Shown here one piece after another: positions 29,059 to 37,799 of a stretch of DNA of 64,000 nucleotides. Made by a program: the position numbers and the translations under genes. The stretch is from Candidatus Aldehydirespiratoraceae bacterium (lineage in GTDB: Bacteria > Actinomycetota > Acidimicrobiia > Acidimicrobiales > Aldehydirespiratoraceae): NCBI GenBank assembly GCA_965198315.1, contig OZ240616.1:509586-573585 (forward strand), written 5' to 3'. The notes below the pieces were generated by a model. The model had not been told where the DNA came from. It ran no database searches and saw nothing but the letters and a program-made list of their open reading frames with translations. The number at the start of each line of letters is the position of its first letter. Within the stretch, counting starts at the first letter, position 1.

Positions 29059-29907
29059 ATGGGCAAGCTCACTGCCCCTGCGATTGCATGCAAGAAGGTT
29101 CGTGCTGGTGACGATCCTCTGGTGATGGTGACTGCGTACGATGCGCCTGGTGCGCGTATTTCGTCGGAGGCTGGTGCCGACATTATTTTGGTGGGTGACA
29201 GCCTTGCCATGGTTGTGCTCGGCTACGACGACACGCTGCAGGTGACTATCGACGATATGTGTCATCACACCGCGGCTGTCGCCCGGGTCAAACCGGACTG
29301 TCACATCGTGGCTGACATGCCGTGGATGAGTTATCACGTTTCTCCGGAGGAGACGGTTCAGAACGCGGCCCGGCTCATGCGCGCGGGTGCTCATTCCATC
29401 AAGCTCGAGGGTGGCCGTAAGCGGTTGCCGATGATCGATCGGATCATCGCCGCGGAGATTCCGGTGATGGGTCACATTGGTCTTACGCCTCAGTCGATTC
29501 ATGCGATGGGTGGTTTCAAGGTGCAGGCCAAGCAGGCTGAACATGCCCGCAAGCTGGTGCAGGCAGCGAAGTCGCTGGCTCATGCCGGTTGTTACGCGGT
29601 GGTTCTTGAGGGCGTGCCTGATCGGGTTGCCGAGACGGTCACCGACGCTGTCGATATTCCGACGATCGGGATTGGGGCTGGTTCTCGCTGTGATGGCCAG
29701 GTGCTCGTTTACCACGACCTCTTGGGCATTGAGGATCGCTTTGTGCCGAAGTTCGTGCGGAGGTACGCGGATGTGAAGTCTGTGTCGGTTTCGGCGGTTG
29801 CCGCCTATGCCGCTGATGTGCGTTCTGGTGCGTTCCCCAACCATGCCGAGAGCTATCACATGGCCGACGCTGAGGCTTCCGAACTGCAACTCTACGGCGG
29901 CGAATAG
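29059..29907 (+). CDS. panB: 3-methyl-2-oxobutanoate hydroxymethyltransferase
   Basis: 282 aa with MVTAYDAPGARISSEAGADIILVGDSLAMVVLGY and KLEGG motifs. Confidence 0.95.
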   Translation: MGKLTAPAIACKKVRAGDDPLVMVTAYDAPGARISSEAGADIILVGDSLAMVVLGYDDTLQVTIDDMCHHTAAVARVKPDCHIVADMPWMSYHVSPEETVQNAARLMRAGAHSIKLEGGRKRLPMIDRIIAAEIPVMGHIGLTPQSIHAMGGFKVQAKQAEHARKLVQAAKSLAHAGCYAVVLEGVPDRVAETVTDAVDIPTIGIGAGSRCDGQVLVYHDLLGIEDRFVPKFVRRYADVKSVSVSAVAAYAADVRSGAFPNHAESYHMADAEASELQLYGGE

Positions 29908-30125
29908 AGCGCTGTTGGTTGCCTTGCGGGGCTGACTGTCACACCCCCTCGGCAAGATGTGACCATGCAGTTTTTCAAGGTGTGGGCATGCGGTTTGCCG
30001 CGGTAGCCTTAGGCGATTCCCCCAGGTGGCGTTTCCAACGGAAGCAACTCCGAAAGGAAACAACTTCAGCCAGCAACCCCTGCCCCGGGAAGGGGCCCCG
30101 GCTTTGTCGGGTCCGTAGGAGGTGA

Positions 30126-30473
30126 GTGCTCGTGGATATTTCTCGAGCCTATGAATTGATGATCATCGTCGACTCTGATGTTGATGATGGTGATATTGAT
30201 GCGGTGATCTCTCGCATCGACGGCCTTATTGTCGACGAAGGTGGCCGGATTGCGTCCACCGACAATTGGGGTCGTCGTCGGTTTGCGTACGAGATCGACC
30301 ACAAGTTTGAAGGCACCTATGTGGTGTGGGAGATCGTTACCGAATCGGCAGGTCTTCCCAACACCGAACGCCAGTTGCGTCTTGCGGACGACATTGTCCG
30401 CCACAAGCTTTTTCGTCTCCCAGAAAAGGAAGCGGCTCGCCGCGGCCTGTTTGGGGAGACGGTACCGGCATAG
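30126..30473 (+). CDS. rpsF: 30S ribosomal protein S6
   Basis: 115 aa (RAYELMIIVDSDV..., NWGRRRFAYEI). First gene of rpsF-ssb-rpsR-rplI. Confidence 0.93.
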   Translation: MLVDISRAYELMIIVDSDVDDGDIDAVISRIDGLIVDEGGRIASTDNWGRRRFAYEIDHKFEGTYVVWEIVTESAGLPNTERQLRLADDIVRHKLFRLPEKEAARRGLFGETVPA

Positions 30474-30497
30474 GCCGGTTTACCAGGAGGTACCTAC

Positions 30498-30959
30498 ATG
30501 GGATTTGACAACACCGTAACTGTTGTGGGCAACGTGACCCGCGATCCAGAACTGCGCTTCACGCAGGGCGGGCTGGCCGTCGCCAACTTTGGCGTGGCCT
30601 GGAACAAGAAGAAGAATGATGGCGAGGACGAGGTTTCGTTCTTCGACGTGACCTGTTTCCGTCAGCTTGCTGAGAATGTTGCTGACTCGATCAGCAAGGG
30701 AGCGCGGGTCGTCATTTATGGAACGCTTACGCAGCGAAGCTGGGAGAACCAGCAAGGCGAGCGCCGCTCGAAGATCGAGATCCTTGCTGATGATGTGGCG
30801 CCGAGCCTCAAGTGGGCCTCAGCCGAGGTCACCCGCAATGAGTTCCGAGGCGGCGCTGAGGGTGGCGGCCGACCAAGCGGCGGCGGCGCTGCTAGGTCGC
30901 AGGCTCCCGAACGCTCTCAGCCTCAACCGACGTATGACCTTGATGAGGAGCCGTTCTAG
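30498..30959 (+). CDS. ssb: single-stranded DNA-binding protein
   Basis: 153 aa with an OB fold (VTVVGNVTRDPELRFTQGG), a Gly-rich linker and the acidic tip DLDEEPF. Confidence 0.95.
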   Translation: MGFDNTVTVVGNVTRDPELRFTQGGLAVANFGVAWNKKKNDGEDEVSFFDVTCFRQLAENVADSISKGARVVIYGTLTQRSWENQQGERRSKIEILADDVAPSLKWASAEVTRNEFRGGAEGGGRPSGGGAARSQAPERSQPQPTYDLDEEPF

Positions 30960-31037
30960 CTCGTCAGCGAGCAGCGGCTTAAGCACCGAACATCAACCAC
31001 GAACGACAAGAACACAGACTACAGAACTGGAGAAGTA

Positions 31038-31514
31038 ATGGCCAAGGGAAACAAGGGAAAGAAGCGGGGCAAACCCAAGGACAGTGGCCGCAGGGTCAAG
31101 AAGAAGGTCTCGATCCTCAACGTCGAGAAGATTGAGTACATCGATTGGAAGGACGCCAACCTTCTTCGTCGATTCTTGTCTGAGCGATCCAAGATCCGCG
31201 CTCGCCGGGTCACAGGCAACAACACTCAGCAGCAGAAGATGGTTGCCGACGCCATCAAGATTGCTCGTGAGATGGCCCTTGTCCCGTACGCCAACCGGGT
31301 GACCACTCAACGCAGCGGCCGGGGTGATCGTGATCGCATCGGTCGTGCCGATGCTCCGTTGCCGCGCCCCAGCGGTCCGCCACCTGCTTCTCGTGATGAA
31401 GACGACGACATGATCTACGAAGAGGCTGATCACGCTGCTGGTGCTGATGACGCTGTTGGTGTTGATCACGCTGCTGGTGCAGGCTTTGCGGCTACTGAAT
31501 CGGGCAGACCATGA
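31038..31514 (+). CDS. rpsR: 30S ribosomal protein S18 with ~70-aa C-terminal extension
   Basis: S18 core KIEYIDWKDANLLRRFLSERSKIRARRVTGNNTQQQKMVADAIKIAREMALVPY. The total length of 158 aa is about twice the usual. Confidence 0.9.
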   Translation: MAKGNKGKKRGKPKDSGRRVKKKVSILNVEKIEYIDWKDANLLRRFLSERSKIRARRVTGNNTQQQKMVADAIKIAREMALVPYANRVTTQRSGRGDRDRIGRADAPLPRPSGPPPASRDEDDDMIYEEADHAAGADDAVGVDHAAGAGFAATESGRP

Positions 31515-31957
31515 AGGTCGTTCTCCGTCAAGACGTTGCTGGTCTCGGTCGCAAGGGCGAGATCTGCGATGTTGCCGATGGCTATTTTCGCAACCTGTTG
31601 TCTCCTCGCGGGTTGGCTCTGAAGGCGAGCAAGGGCGTGGAGGTTCAGGCTGAGTCGATGCGCCGTGCTGCGGTCTTGCGAGACGCCAAGAGTCGGGCGG
31701 AGGCTGAAGAGATTGCTGCACGCCTGGTTCCGATGGTGATAACCATCAGCGCACGCGCTGGAGAAGGTGGTCGCCTGTTTGGTTCAGTGAGCAAGTTCGA
31801 CATCGTTGAAGCCCTCGAGGCGCAGGCCGGTGTTGTTATCGATCGTCATACCTTGGCGCTGGACGCTCCGCTGAAAGAACTTGGCCAAGTATCGGTGAAC
31901 TGCAAGCTTCAAGACGAAGTGGAGTTCCCGATCACGGTGGAGGTAATTCCAGAGTGA
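31511..31957 (+). CDS. rplI: 50S ribosomal protein L9
   Basis: 148 aa starting MKVVLRQDVAGLGRKGEICDVADGYFRNLL. ATGA overlap with rpsR. Confidence 0.93.
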   Translation: MKVVLRQDVAGLGRKGEICDVADGYFRNLLSPRGLALKASKGVEVQAESMRRAAVLRDAKSRAEAEEIAARLVPMVITISARAGEGGRLFGSVSKFDIVEALEAQAGVVIDRHTLALDAPLKELGQVSVNCKLQDEVEFPITVEVIPE

Positions 31958-31961
31958 ACTG

Positions 31962-31983
31962 GTTGTCGCCCTCCGGTGACAAC
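31962..31983 (+). terminator. hairpin after rplI (GTTGTCGCC-ctcc-GGTGACAAC)
   Basis: 9-bp stem including one G-U pair, starting 5 nt after the rplI stop. There is no clear U-tract. Confidence 0.35.
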
Positions 31984-32155
31984 AGCTTGATATCTCGTGT
32001 TTGCCGGCGGTTTGAGAGGCGCGCGTCCGCCGTTGAGGAAAGTACACAAGAAATCCCCAGAAATACGACGATTTCCCCTGGTCTCCCACGGGGGAAGCGG
32101 GCCAATTTAAAGGTTGGCTCAGATGACGAACGGGTGACGATCAGGTGACGAACGA

Positions 32156-33514
32156 ATGGCAATGACTCAAACCAGTACGCGGCAAGACAGTCGTGTGCCT
32201 CCCCACAACCTTGAGGCTGAGGAGTCTTTGCTTGGTGCCATGCTGCTTTCGAGTCACGCGATAGCGGACTCGATTGAGCTCGTCAGCGCTGAGCAGTTCT
32301 ATCGACCGGCACACGCCCACGTCTATGACGCTATTGCTGCGTTGTATGCCTCTGGCGACCCGGTTGATCCTGTCACGGTCACCGATGAACTTGAGCGGGC
32401 CGGCGTAGCAGAAGCGGTTGGCGGGCTTGAGGGCTTGCATCGACTTCAAATGAACACTCCGGCATCGTCGAACGCGACGAAGTACGCCAGCATCGTGCGC
32501 GGGCACTACATGCTCAGAAAGCTCATCAGGGTTTCGGGCGAAATCGCCGAGATCGGTTACAGCCAGCCCAGTGACGCTATTGCAGCCATCGATGAGGCTG
32601 AAAACATGGTGTTCCAGATCGCAGAAGGTCAAGACACCGAATCGATGAGCAAGATCGAAGTGCTCCTCAAGGAGACGCTGGAGCACCTCATCGCTCGTAA
32701 CGAGTCTGGGAAGGGCATTATCGGCACGCCAACCGGATTTGTTGATCTTGACCACAAGTTGTCGGGGTTGCAGCCCAATGCTTTCATCGTGGTCGGCGCT
32801 CGGCCTGCCATGGGCAAGACGTCGTTCATTCTCAACATTGCGGCCCATGCTGCGATTCGCGAACAAAAACCTGTGCTCGTCTTCAGTTTGGAGATGGGCC
32901 ATATTGAGATCAGTCAGCGCATCCTGTCGGCTGAGACTCGTGTCGACTCCAAGGACATGAGCGATGGCCGAGTCAAGGAGCATGAATGGCATCGGATCAC
33001 CTCCACCATCGACCGTCTCAATAATGTGCCGTTGTGGCTTGACGACAACCCGAATCCGACGATTATGGATATCCGCTCGAAGGCGCGGCGACTGAAGAGC
33101 TCCGTTGGCGATCTGGGGTTGGTGGTAGTCGACTATCTCCAGTTGATGACGGGTCGTTCTCGTGCTGAGAGTCGTCAGGTTGAGGTGGCTGAGATCAGTC
33201 GTGGCTTGAAGATTCTGGCCCGTGAGTTGAAGTGCCCGGTAATCGGTGTTTCCCAGCTCTCCCGAAACCTTGAGAGCCGGACGGACAAGCGTCCGATGCT
33301 GTCTGATCTCCGCGAGTCGGGTTCGATTGAGCAGGATGCCGATGTGGTCTTGTTTCTGTATCGCGACGAGGTGTACAACCCCACTGACCAGACGACCGAA
33401 GGCTTGGCCGAAGTGATTATTGCCAAACACCGCAATGGGCCGACCGGCACAGTCAACCTCAACTTCGTGCCCAGATTGACGTCGTTCAGGAACCTTGAAA
33501 CCCGGGCAATCTGA
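32156..33514 (+). CDS. dnaB: replicative DNA helicase DnaB (no intein)
   Basis: 452 aa with N-terminus PPHNLEAEESLLGAML and Walker A GARPAMGKTSF. The length is standard. Confidence 0.96.
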   Translation: MAMTQTSTRQDSRVPPHNLEAEESLLGAMLLSSHAIADSIELVSAEQFYRPAHAHVYDAIAALYASGDPVDPVTVTDELERAGVAEAVGGLEGLHRLQMNTPASSNATKYASIVRGHYMLRKLIRVSGEIAEIGYSQPSDAIAAIDEAENMVFQIAEGQDTESMSKIEVLLKETLEHLIARNESGKGIIGTPTGFVDLDHKLSGLQPNAFIVVGARPAMGKTSFILNIAAHAAIREQKPVLVFSLEMGHIEISQRILSAETRVDSKDMSDGRVKEHEWHRITSTIDRLNNVPLWLDDNPNPTIMDIRSKARRLKSSVGDLGLVVVDYLQLMTGRSRAESRQVEVAEISRGLKILARELKCPVIGVSQLSRNLESRTDKRPMLSDLRESGSIEQDADVVLFLYRDEVYNPTDQTTEGLAEVIIAKHRNGPTGTVNLNFVPRLTSFRNLETRAI

Positions 33515-33724
33515 ATGTTTCTCGGTGAGGATCTGCTGGTGTGGCTGGTGTTGGCGCTCGGCGGCGCGATGGCGGTCGGTAATTTACTGGCTTTGCTGCG
33601 CCCGGCGGCCACGCAGCGCCGCGAAGGTGATCTGGAGCGGGCACCGCTCGGTCGTAGCATCGTGTTCATCGTGGTTGGCCTGGTCGCTGCTTTCTGGGCG
33701 CTGGCCAGCCTGGTCACGGGTTAG
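33515..33724 (+). CDS. small two-helix membrane protein
   Basis: 69 aa, starting immediately after the dnaB stop. Two hydrophobic helices (LLVWLVLALGGAMAV, IVFIVVGLVAAFWALASLV). Confidence 0.4.
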   Translation: MFLGEDLLVWLVLALGGAMAVGNLLALLRPAATQRREGDLERAPLGRSIVFIVVGLVAAFWALASLVTG

Positions 33725-33736
33725 CGGGTTAGCGGG

Positions 33737-35371
33737 TTAGCGGTAGAAACCTTGGTGCTGCTCTCGTAAGGCGTTTTTCTGGACTTTCCCCATGGCGTTT
33801 CGGGGCAGCGATGGAACTATCAGGATCTGTTTCGGATGCTTGTAGCGGCTCAGTTGTCTTGCCAGTTCCGCGGTGCAGTTGTCGAGGGCGAATTTTTCGT
33901 CGTCCACGACGATGATGGCCGTCACTGCTTCGCCGAGGTCTCGGTCAGGCACTCCGATCACTGCTGATTCCCGTATCCCGGCGACTCCGTCGAGCACGAG
34001 TTCGATTTCTTTGGGATGAATGTTCTCGCCGCCGCTGATGATCAGGTCGGCGGATCGGCCTTGCAGGGTCAGGCGGCCACTTTCGTCGAGGCTGCCGAGA
34101 TCGCCGGTTGTGAACCATCCGTCATCGTTGAGGGCATTGGTGGAGACCTTGTCTCGGTGCCAGTAGCCCGAGAACACATGTGGCCCGCGAACCTCCACCG
34201 AGCCGATGACTCCAGGCTGGACCGACTTCGCCGGCTCTGCGGACTCCGCTGGTTCGACCGACTTCGCCGGCTCTGCGGACTCCGCTGGTTCGACCGATGT
34301 TGCCGCATTGTCAACCACACGCAGTTCGACCCCCGGTAGGGGATAGCCCACGGTGCCTGCTAAGCGCATGTCGTTGTACGGATTTGAGGTGATGATTCCC
34401 GTTTCGCTCATGCCGTATCGCTCACAGATTCGGTGCCCGGTGCGTTTGGCGAACTCTGCGAACACCGAGTCGCGTAGCGGGGCTGATCCGCAAGTGAACA
34501 GGCGCATCCCTTCCACCAGTTCCGCGTTCAATCGCGGGTTCTGCAGCAGTCGGCTGTAGTGCGTGGGCACGCCCATCATCACGGTTGTGTTTGGCAGCGA
34601 GTCGAGTACTCGCTCAGAGTCGAACCTGGGAAGGAAGGTCACCGGAATCGCTGAGAGCATGGCGCAGTGGAGGGCCACGAACAGTCCATGTGTGTGGAAT
34701 ATCGGCAGGCAGTGAAGCAGGTGGTCGCTGCGGCTGAAGTGCCAGATGTTGTAGAGCGCTTTGGCGTTGTGCCGCAGGTTGGCGTTGCTGAGTGCTGCCC
34801 CCTTCGGCCGACCGGTGGTTCCTGAGGTGTACAGCAGCACGGCGAGGTCGTCGTCTTGGCGGTCGACAATTGGCGCAGTGGCGGCCCGGATGGTTTGGGT
34901 TTCGGCCGCGTTGGCCAGCGCTGTGAGCGTGCCCTTTCCCCCGGGGGTGAGGGTGAGAATTAGACGGTCGTTGCCGGCCGCTGTTCGGGCAGCCTCTGTT
35001 TGAGCGGCCTTTGAGGTGGGATCGAGTACAACCACCGCTGGATTGGCGTCGCTCAAGAAGTAGTCGAGTTCCTCCGCTGTGAAAGCGGGGTTCAAAGGGA
35101 CGTGAACGGTCCCCGCCCGCAGGCACGCGAGATATAGAGCAACCGCTTCGACGCACTTGTAGACCTGTACGAGCACCCGGTCGCCGGTGCCGGCACCGTG
35201 GGCGTTGAGAACGTGTGCGTAGCGTGCCGCTAGGTCGTCGATCTGGCCGTAGCTGTGAGTCTGCCCGCGAGGTTCGATCAGAAAGGGTGCCGATTCGTGC
35301 TGTGACGTGACCGATCTCAAGGCCGAGGCGAAATTCCCACTGGGAAGCACTGTTTTCATTAGATCAGGCAC
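33737..35371 (-). CDS. AMP-dependent acyl-CoA synthetase/ligase
   Basis: 544 aa with AMP-binding LLYTSGTTGRPKGA and GRSADLIISGGENIHPKEIE. The GTG 35371 or ATG 35359 start lies inside the tandem repeat. Confidence 0.88.
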   Translation of the reverse strand: MPDLMKTVLPSGNFASALRSVTSQHESAPFLIEPRGQTHSYGQIDDLAARYAHVLNAHGAGTGDRVLVQVYKCVEAVALYLACLRAGTVHVPLNPAFTAEELDYFLSDANPAVVVLDPTSKAAQTEAARTAAGNDRLILTLTPGGKGTLTALANAAETQTIRAATAPIVDRQDDDLAVLLYTSGTTGRPKGAALSNANLRHNAKALYNIWHFSRSDHLLHCLPIFHTHGLFVALHCAMLSAIPVTFLPRFDSERVLDSLPNTTVMMGVPTHYSRLLQNPRLNAELVEGMRLFTCGSAPLRDSVFAEFAKRTGHRICERYGMSETGIITSNPYNDMRLAGTVGYPLPGVELRVVDNAATSVEPAESAEPAKSVEPAESAEPAKSVQPGVIGSVEVRGPHVFSGYWHRDKVSTNALNDDGWFTTGDLGSLDESGRLTLQGRSADLIISGGENIHPKEIELVLDGVAGIRESAVIGVPDRDLGEAVTAIIVVDDEKFALDNCTAELARQLSRYKHPKQILIVPSLPRNAMGKVQKNALREQHQGFYR

Positions 35372-35640
35372 TCATTAGATCAGGCACTCATTAGATCAGG
35401 CACTGATGTGGTCGGGTACTCATTGGGGTCGGTTCTGATGTGGTCGGGTACTCATTGGGGTCGGTTCTGATGTGGTCGGTTCTGATGTGGTCGGTTCTGA
35501 TGTGGTCGGGTACTCATTGGGGTCGGTTCTGATGTGGTCGGGTACTCATTGGGGTCGGGCACTCATTGGGGTCGGTTCTGATGTGGTCGGGTACTCATTG
35601 GGGTCGGTTCTGATGTGGTCGGGCACTCATTAGATCAGGC
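35357..35640. repeat. degenerate tandem array, about 18 units of 15-17 bp (cattagatcaggcact / gatgtggtcgggtact / cattggggtcggttct)
   Basis: Read directly. The array fills the whole spacer between two same-strand genes and includes the stop of one and the start of the other. Confidence 0.95.
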
Positions 35641-36642
35641 GATCCGGTCGACCATTTCACGGGTTATCGGGTTGCGCAGGGGCGCACCTGTGGCGTAGCG
35701 CTCGACCTCGTCGATCACCCATTCGTTCATGCGGGCAAGTTCGGTGCCCTGTGAGCCTGCGATGTGGGGTGTTAACACGGCGTTGGCGAGAGTCCGAAGC
35801 GGGTGGTCTGACGGTAAGGGTTCTACGGGGTCGGTGACGTCGATGATGCCGAAGAGTCGTTGCGATTCGAGTTCGCTGGTCAACGCCTCGAGGTCCAAGC
35901 AGTGTCCCCGGGAGGTGTTGATGACGGTGGCTCCGTCGCTCAGCGCTGCGAGTTCTTTTTCACCGATGAGGTTGTGGGTGTCGGGAAGGGCGGGTGCGTG
36001 GATTGAGAGCACATCGGCCTGGGCGCAGAGTTCAACCAAAGAATCTTGTTTCGTGGCGCCGAGGGTCTCGATTGTCTTGGCGTCGACGAACGGGTCGTAG
36101 ATCTGGACGTCGAGGTGATCGAAGGCCTGCAGCAGTTGGGCTACCCGTCGGCCGGTCAGCGATGCCGAAACGAGTCCGATCGTCTTGTCCCAGTTGCCGT
36201 GGGCGGCGGCTTCGGGCGGCGGTGTCCAAGAGGCGCGATTGGATTCTCGGTCGATGGCCGCGAAGACTCCTTTGTTGGCCAGCAGGATCATGGCCAACGT
36301 GTATTCGGCGACTGGTTCGGCGTTTGCGTCGGCACCGGAGGTCACGAGTATGTCTCGCTCCCAGAGTTCGTCGCTCAGGTACCACTTGACCGAGCCGGCG
36401 GCGTAGGCGAACAGCCGCAGATTCGACGCAGTTTCGAAGAACTCTGGTCCGAACAGGGGGCAACCCCAGTGTCCGACGATCACTTCTGCCTCGGGTAGTA
36501 ATTCTTGTGCCCGCGGTGCGTCCCAAGAGGAGATTGGTTCACGGTCGAGCAGCCTCCCGACCGTGCCGAGTCGATCCAAAGCGGTTTCGTCAAGGGCGGT
36601 GAAACCCTCGAAGTGCGCAATCACGATCGCCGGTCGGCCCAT
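35635..36642 (-). CDS. D-isomer-specific 2-hydroxyacid dehydrogenase family protein
   Basis: NAD-binding and catalytic regions (IGLVSASLTGRRVAQLL, LSIHAPALPDTHNLIG, TSRGHCLD, HIAGS). The start is set at ATG 36642 rather than the TTG 36678 of the ORF track. Confidence 0.85.
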   Translation of the reverse strand: MGRPAIVIAHFEGFTALDETALDRLGTVGRLLDREPISSWDAPRAQELLPEAEVIVGHWGCPLFGPEFFETASNLRLFAYAAGSVKWYLSDELWERDILVTSGADANAEPVAEYTLAMILLANKGVFAAIDRESNRASWTPPPEAAAHGNWDKTIGLVSASLTGRRVAQLLQAFDHLDVQIYDPFVDAKTIETLGATKQDSLVELCAQADVLSIHAPALPDTHNLIGEKELAALSDGATVINTSRGHCLDLEALTSELESQRLFGIIDVTDPVEPLPSDHPLRTLANAVLTPHIAGSQGTELARMNEWVIDEVERYATGAPLRNPITREMVDRIA

Positions 36643-36781
36643 TGGTTGATCTTGGCCGCTTAGGTGCCTCCACGACAAGACGCACCAGCACCCGGCGTTG
36701 GCCCGAGTGTTGGTCCCGTGTGTTGGTCCAGCTTGGCTCGCAATGTGGATCGGTAATTTGATCGTAGATTGAGACTGCGTT

Positions 36782-36836
36782 TGAGACTGAGACTGAGATT
36801 GAGATTGAGATTGAGATTGAGATTGAGATTGAGATT
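36782..36836. repeat. hexanucleotide microsatellite (TGAGAC)2(TGAGAT)7
   Basis: Read directly. It ends 10 nt before the GTG start of the crotonase gene, and the last unit runs into the GGAGAG Shine-Dalgarno. Confidence 0.95.
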
Positions 36837-36845
36837 GGAGAGATC

Positions 36846-37517
36846 GTGTCGATACCGAGTTTGAGCCGAGACGGTGAGTTGCTGATCATTGACTTCGGCG
36901 ACGATGACAACCGCACCAATGTTGCTTGGGTTGAAACCATGAACGTGCTGCTCGACGAGGCTGAGGCGGAGGCCCTCAGCGGCCCGGCCGTGTTGATCAC
37001 GACGGGTTCGGCGAAGCACTATTCCAACGGACTCGACGTGCATCACATAGCCACGCTTTCACGCCCGGAGATCAAGGCTTATGTGAACACGGTGGAGAAG
37101 GTGCTCGGTCGTATTCTGACTTTTCCGGCTCCGACAGTTGCTGCTGTCAACGGTCACGCTTTCGGCGCAGGTGCTTTCGCGATCCTGGCACACGACCATG
37201 CGGTGATGCGCGCTGATCGGGGGTTTGTCTGTTGGCCCGAGGTGCACCTGCAAATGACTTTCAGTCCTGGCCTTATGGCGATGATCCGAAACCTTCTGAC
37301 TAACTCCACCGCCCGAGAGGCCTTGGCGACTGGTCGTCGGTACAGCGGGCCTGATGCGGTTGCTGCGGGGTTTGTGAATGAGGCGGTGAGCCTTGATCAG
37401 CTCATGGCAGCGGCTTCAGAGTATGGCGGTGCTCACAGCGCGACCGCGGGTGCCAACCTCCAGAAGATCAAGCAGCAGCTACACCGGTCGGTGGTCGACC
37501 GTCTCGGCACCGGTTGA
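36846..37517 (+). CDS. enoyl-CoA hydratase/isomerase (crotonase) family protein
   Basis: 223 aa with oxyanion-hole region AAVNGHAFGAGAFAILAHD. Confidence 0.85.
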   Translation: MSIPSLSRDGELLIIDFGDDDNRTNVAWVETMNVLLDEAEAEALSGPAVLITTGSAKHYSNGLDVHHIATLSRPEIKAYVNTVEKVLGRILTFPAPTVAAVNGHAFGAGAFAILAHDHAVMRADRGFVCWPEVHLQMTFSPGLMAMIRNLLTNSTAREALATGRRYSGPDAVAAGFVNEAVSLDQLMAAASEYGGAHSATAGANLQKIKQQLHRSVVDRLGTG

Positions 37518-37606
37518 GTTCAACGCAGACTCAAGAGCCCGCCCCAGTTCATCCCACCCAGCCCGGGTTCGGTCTAGCCAGCCCTGCTTTGCCCTGTTCG
37601 GTCCAT

Positions 37607-37765
37607 CCAGTCCCCTGTTCAGCCGGTTTGGTTCTTGGGTAGCGGCGGTCGTGGTTCGGCCGGTCGGCTTGGGTCGGTTTTGGGGGTTTGTCGGCTCGGG
37701 TTCGGTTCAGCCAGTCCCCTGTTCAGCCGGTTTGGTTCTTGGGTAGTGGCGGTCGTGGTTCGGCC
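37607..37765. repeat. 55-bp direct repeat (37607-37661 and 37711-37765, 1 mismatch) in a convergent intergenic region
   Basis: ccagtcccctgttcagccggtttggttcttgggtagYggcggtcgtggttcggcc occurs twice. The shorter CTGTTCAGCC-like motif recurs nearby. Confidence 0.9.
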
Positions 37766-37799
37766 CAGCCGGTTCAGCCGGTCCCTGTTCAGCCCTGGT

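Noticed and set aside
29053-30063. 336-aa minus-strand ORF opposite panB, and similar long antisense ORFs at 32141-33430 (opposite dnaB), 39011-39808 and 48038-49027
   Set aside because: Each lies opposite a gene with clear family motifs. Their composition is biased (R/H/P-rich) and none has a motif.
32156-33514. Checked dnaB (and gyrA/gyrB) for inteins, which are common in actinobacterial replication genes
   Set aside because: Lengths are standard and the motifs are contiguous, so no intein is present.
35357-35640. Possible CRISPR array (also considered for 48108-48188, 49811-50150 and 50800-51048)
   Set aside because: All four are head-to-tail tandem repeats with no unique spacers, their units are too short or lie inside genes, and no cas genes are present.
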